A stretch of DNA of 62,461 nucleotides, the filler included, from Hausera hauseri (Eukaryota): the NCBI GenBank assembly GCA_046269625.1. It is 10 parts of 10 records of this genome, joined end to end, with 100 filler letters (N's around TTAATTAATTAA, not from the genome) between each part and the next. Parts side by side here need not be neighbours in the genome. Positions count along the whole stretch, not along the records: positions 57,837 to 62,461 come from JBJURY010498574.1; 9 more parts are not named here. One strand, written 5' to 3'. Both the position numbers and the translations under genes were made by a program. Positions 59,851 to 62,461 of this stretch are shown piece by piece; within the stretch, counting starts at the first letter, position 1, and every line of letters begins with the position of its first letter. Under the pieces are notes generated by a model. That model was not told the origin of the DNA. It made no database searches and was given only the letters and a program-made list of their open reading frames with translations.

Positions 59851-62461
59851 ATAAGTACGTTCGAGAAAAAGTGTTTATATAAACAAAAAATCAATGTTCA
59901 TTAATTTGACTCTTTGAAACAAAATTTAAAGAACGTCAATTCAAGTATTTCCAAATAGTCGGGTGGGTGTGGTCAATTAGTAAAATTTAATTTATTTGGC
60001 CTCGCTAACCCCCTCAATTCAATATCCGATCTAATTATTCACATGCTCTTCTTTTTTACTTTTAAAACAAATTTGGAATCGCACGCGGCCACAAGAGTAA
60101 ATTCAAAAAATACAGGCGAAAACTTAAAATTTAATCAAAAAGCATAAAAGGGCACAATAAAAATTCGATTAAACTGTATATTTGTTTTAAATATTCCACT
60201 TGTAATCACTAATTTGTCTCTTAGTACTTGTCTTTCCTTACTTTGCTACTGTACTGTGTATAAATATTGTATTTTGACTTTTACATTTATTTCGGACGTC
60301 AGCTTCGAATGGCATATGACTTTCGGTTTCCTTGTCATATCTGCCGAGATAGGGAGAAACATTTGCGCAGGTCTGTGTCTTGATTTCTTCGAGAATTCTG
60401 AGATTATCAGAAGTACTCCACAATGGACTGAGGTTATTCTATCGTAAATTTTCCACGAAAATAATTCGTTCATATATTGAGACTATTTTGAAATATCTTG
60501 GCAAGTCTGGATATTGTGACAACTAGTGACGCTGTAGTCGAAAAAGTAAATTTTCATTGGGGCACGTAAACGGATCAGCTAAATTAGTTATAATTTCTTT
60601 ATTTTCTAAATAAAGCTTATCAGATGTTGTTTCTTCTCGATATCGTTTGAACAAACTAAGACACGTTTTTGGGATCCTTTTATTGTAAAAAATTTTCTTT
60701 TGTTGATTTTTTAATGATTTTGTTTCATAAGTCGGCTTTCCGGGAAATTACAACCAGCAATAATCCTTGCTGATTCCGGTAATTGATTTCTGATTGTCAA
60801 TTGACTCTTGAGCATAAAATGGATGACATGTTTTCTAACGTCAACTCGATCGTTTTTGGAATTAACAACGTCTGTATCGTCATTTACTTTCCAATTTTGT
60901 TTGACACAACTCATACATAAAATTCTATAGGAAATTTTAATGTTCTGATTACATTCTGTGGCGATAATTTGGAAGATTGCTTCGGTAAAACTGTTAACTT
61001 TTTTTATTTGGAATAATAATTCTTCATCTGATTCCTGAATTTAGTTTAAGTGCCACATTGATAAATCCAAGCGTTTGGATAAATGTTTGACTGTATGGAT
61101 TTCTGTATTGTCCATGAACATATTTAACGCAAACGACTGTGGCGAAGAATTCTGATCGAAATTTCCCAATATTTCATCAGCCATTTTGTCTGTTTTGTCT
61201 ATCAAAACTTTCGAATAATAAATCTTATAATTTTCTCGAAAACACTCCCTTTCGCAATAATAATACTGGAGCATTCATTTGGGGATTATAAGGCGTATTA
61301 TGTATATGATGTATCCCCAATCAGTTAACAAGGCATTTCAACCTGCTAATCCATGTACGAATGAAAACGTCAGATATGGTGTGAATGAACTGCCATTGTT
61401 AAGAAAAAACGGAGTGCATGGGAAATGATGATGGGTTCCAAAAACGACAGTTTCTGTATCCCACTTCTGACAAAATTGCAGAAATTTGTCATTTCATTTC
61501 GATCATCTTTTGTAAGATTTAAAATATCCAAATTCGGTTCATTTCGCTTTTGTTTCGGTTAATTCGATATTTTTTAAAACACAATTTTAACTGGAGATTG
61601 GACAAATTTATAAATAAGTTCAAAGATGTAAAAGTATCTTGAACAAAACAACACCAATATTTTAGTCTTCATATTCAACAAACATTGAATTTTGTCTATA
61701 TTGTCTATTTTTATGTTGGATAAAATGAGCACCAAAATTATTAATTATATTTTATTTATTTGATGCTTCCTCCGTGTGGCAATCGCAACTCAGTGCCACA
61801 AGCAGGAAGCGAGAAGGAAATGTTCTCAATCTGAGATTCATCTCATTTTTAAAAGACAACTATGTTTAAGAATAGTAATATTGTCAGCAAGTTTGAAATA
61901 TATTATTAGCATATGAACAAAAACAGTTTGAAATATTACATATATTTTTGTGTAAAATGTTTCTGAAACAGTTTATACAGAATTTACAATAACACGAAAA
62001 TCTTAATATTGATTTATTCATGGGAAATTATGAAAAAAATAATTAATAGTAATTATACTTGTGCATACTACTTATAAACTTAGCAGTAACACTTATTAAA
62101 ATCATTTTCTCTATTTATCAAATGCAACTTTGTTAAAATAGTGGTTGAAAAATACAATCTATCAAAATGAAAATGATATATTATATAAAAATGCGTACTT
62201 CCTGAAGAACGTCCTCTGTCCACCTCTCGGATGGTGGGCTGAAGAGAAGCTTACCTACATTCCATTGTAAGACCACGCACCACATCTTAGGGATCATCCA
62301 TGAACGCTGAATGATAAAACCGTGGCTGAAAACAGTGTCCACTGCTTTCACCGTTACATCTCGGTGGTCCCTTTTTACCGCCATCCAATAGTGGGGGAGT
62401 AACAATTCGGTATTATTTTTAGGCTAATGGCTTCGGTGTGACTGCAAGTTGGCCTTCGAAG

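Noticed and set aside
60200-61560. UDP-glycosyltransferase-like hints (SVHCG, PISADM)
   Set aside because: The spacing and remainder of the UGT signature are not convincing; left unassigned.

Overview
This window is not one continuous locus. It is ten short eukaryotic (animal) contigs joined by nine artificial 100-bp spacers (N44-TTAATTAATTAA-N44), so adjacency across a spacer carries no biological meaning. Almost everything recognisable is mobile DNA. Contig 2 (6713-21680) looks teleost-like and is dominated by a >=15-kb CACTA/EnSpm (CMC) element with a spliced transposase, a divergent spliced C14orf93/DUF4616-like gene and an SGNH hydrolase. The other contigs are AT-rich and look invertebrate-like. 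They carry mariner, piggyBac, hAT-like, Chapaev3, DD37E and Gypsy remnants, plus USP and WDR4 pseudogenes. Two systems stand out. (1) Contigs 4 and 5 hold two related LTR-type elements. The one in contig 5 is a Ty3/Gypsy element whose integrase runs in frame into a type-I membrane protein (signal-like segment, FN3-like domains, furin site, TM helix). Both elements carry an extra gene behind a 3' splice acceptor, encoding a shared N-terminal domain plus a DEDDh-exonuclease fold lacking catalytic acids; in contig 4 it also ends in a C3HC4 RING finger. (2) Contig 9 is a decayed Polinton/Maverick (packaging ATPase, integrase, two tandem penton genes, major capsid protein) that encodes its own TATA-binding-protein homolog and has a recurring TATAAACAA motif in front of its genes. 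All family assignments come from motif recognition by eye; no database searches were run.
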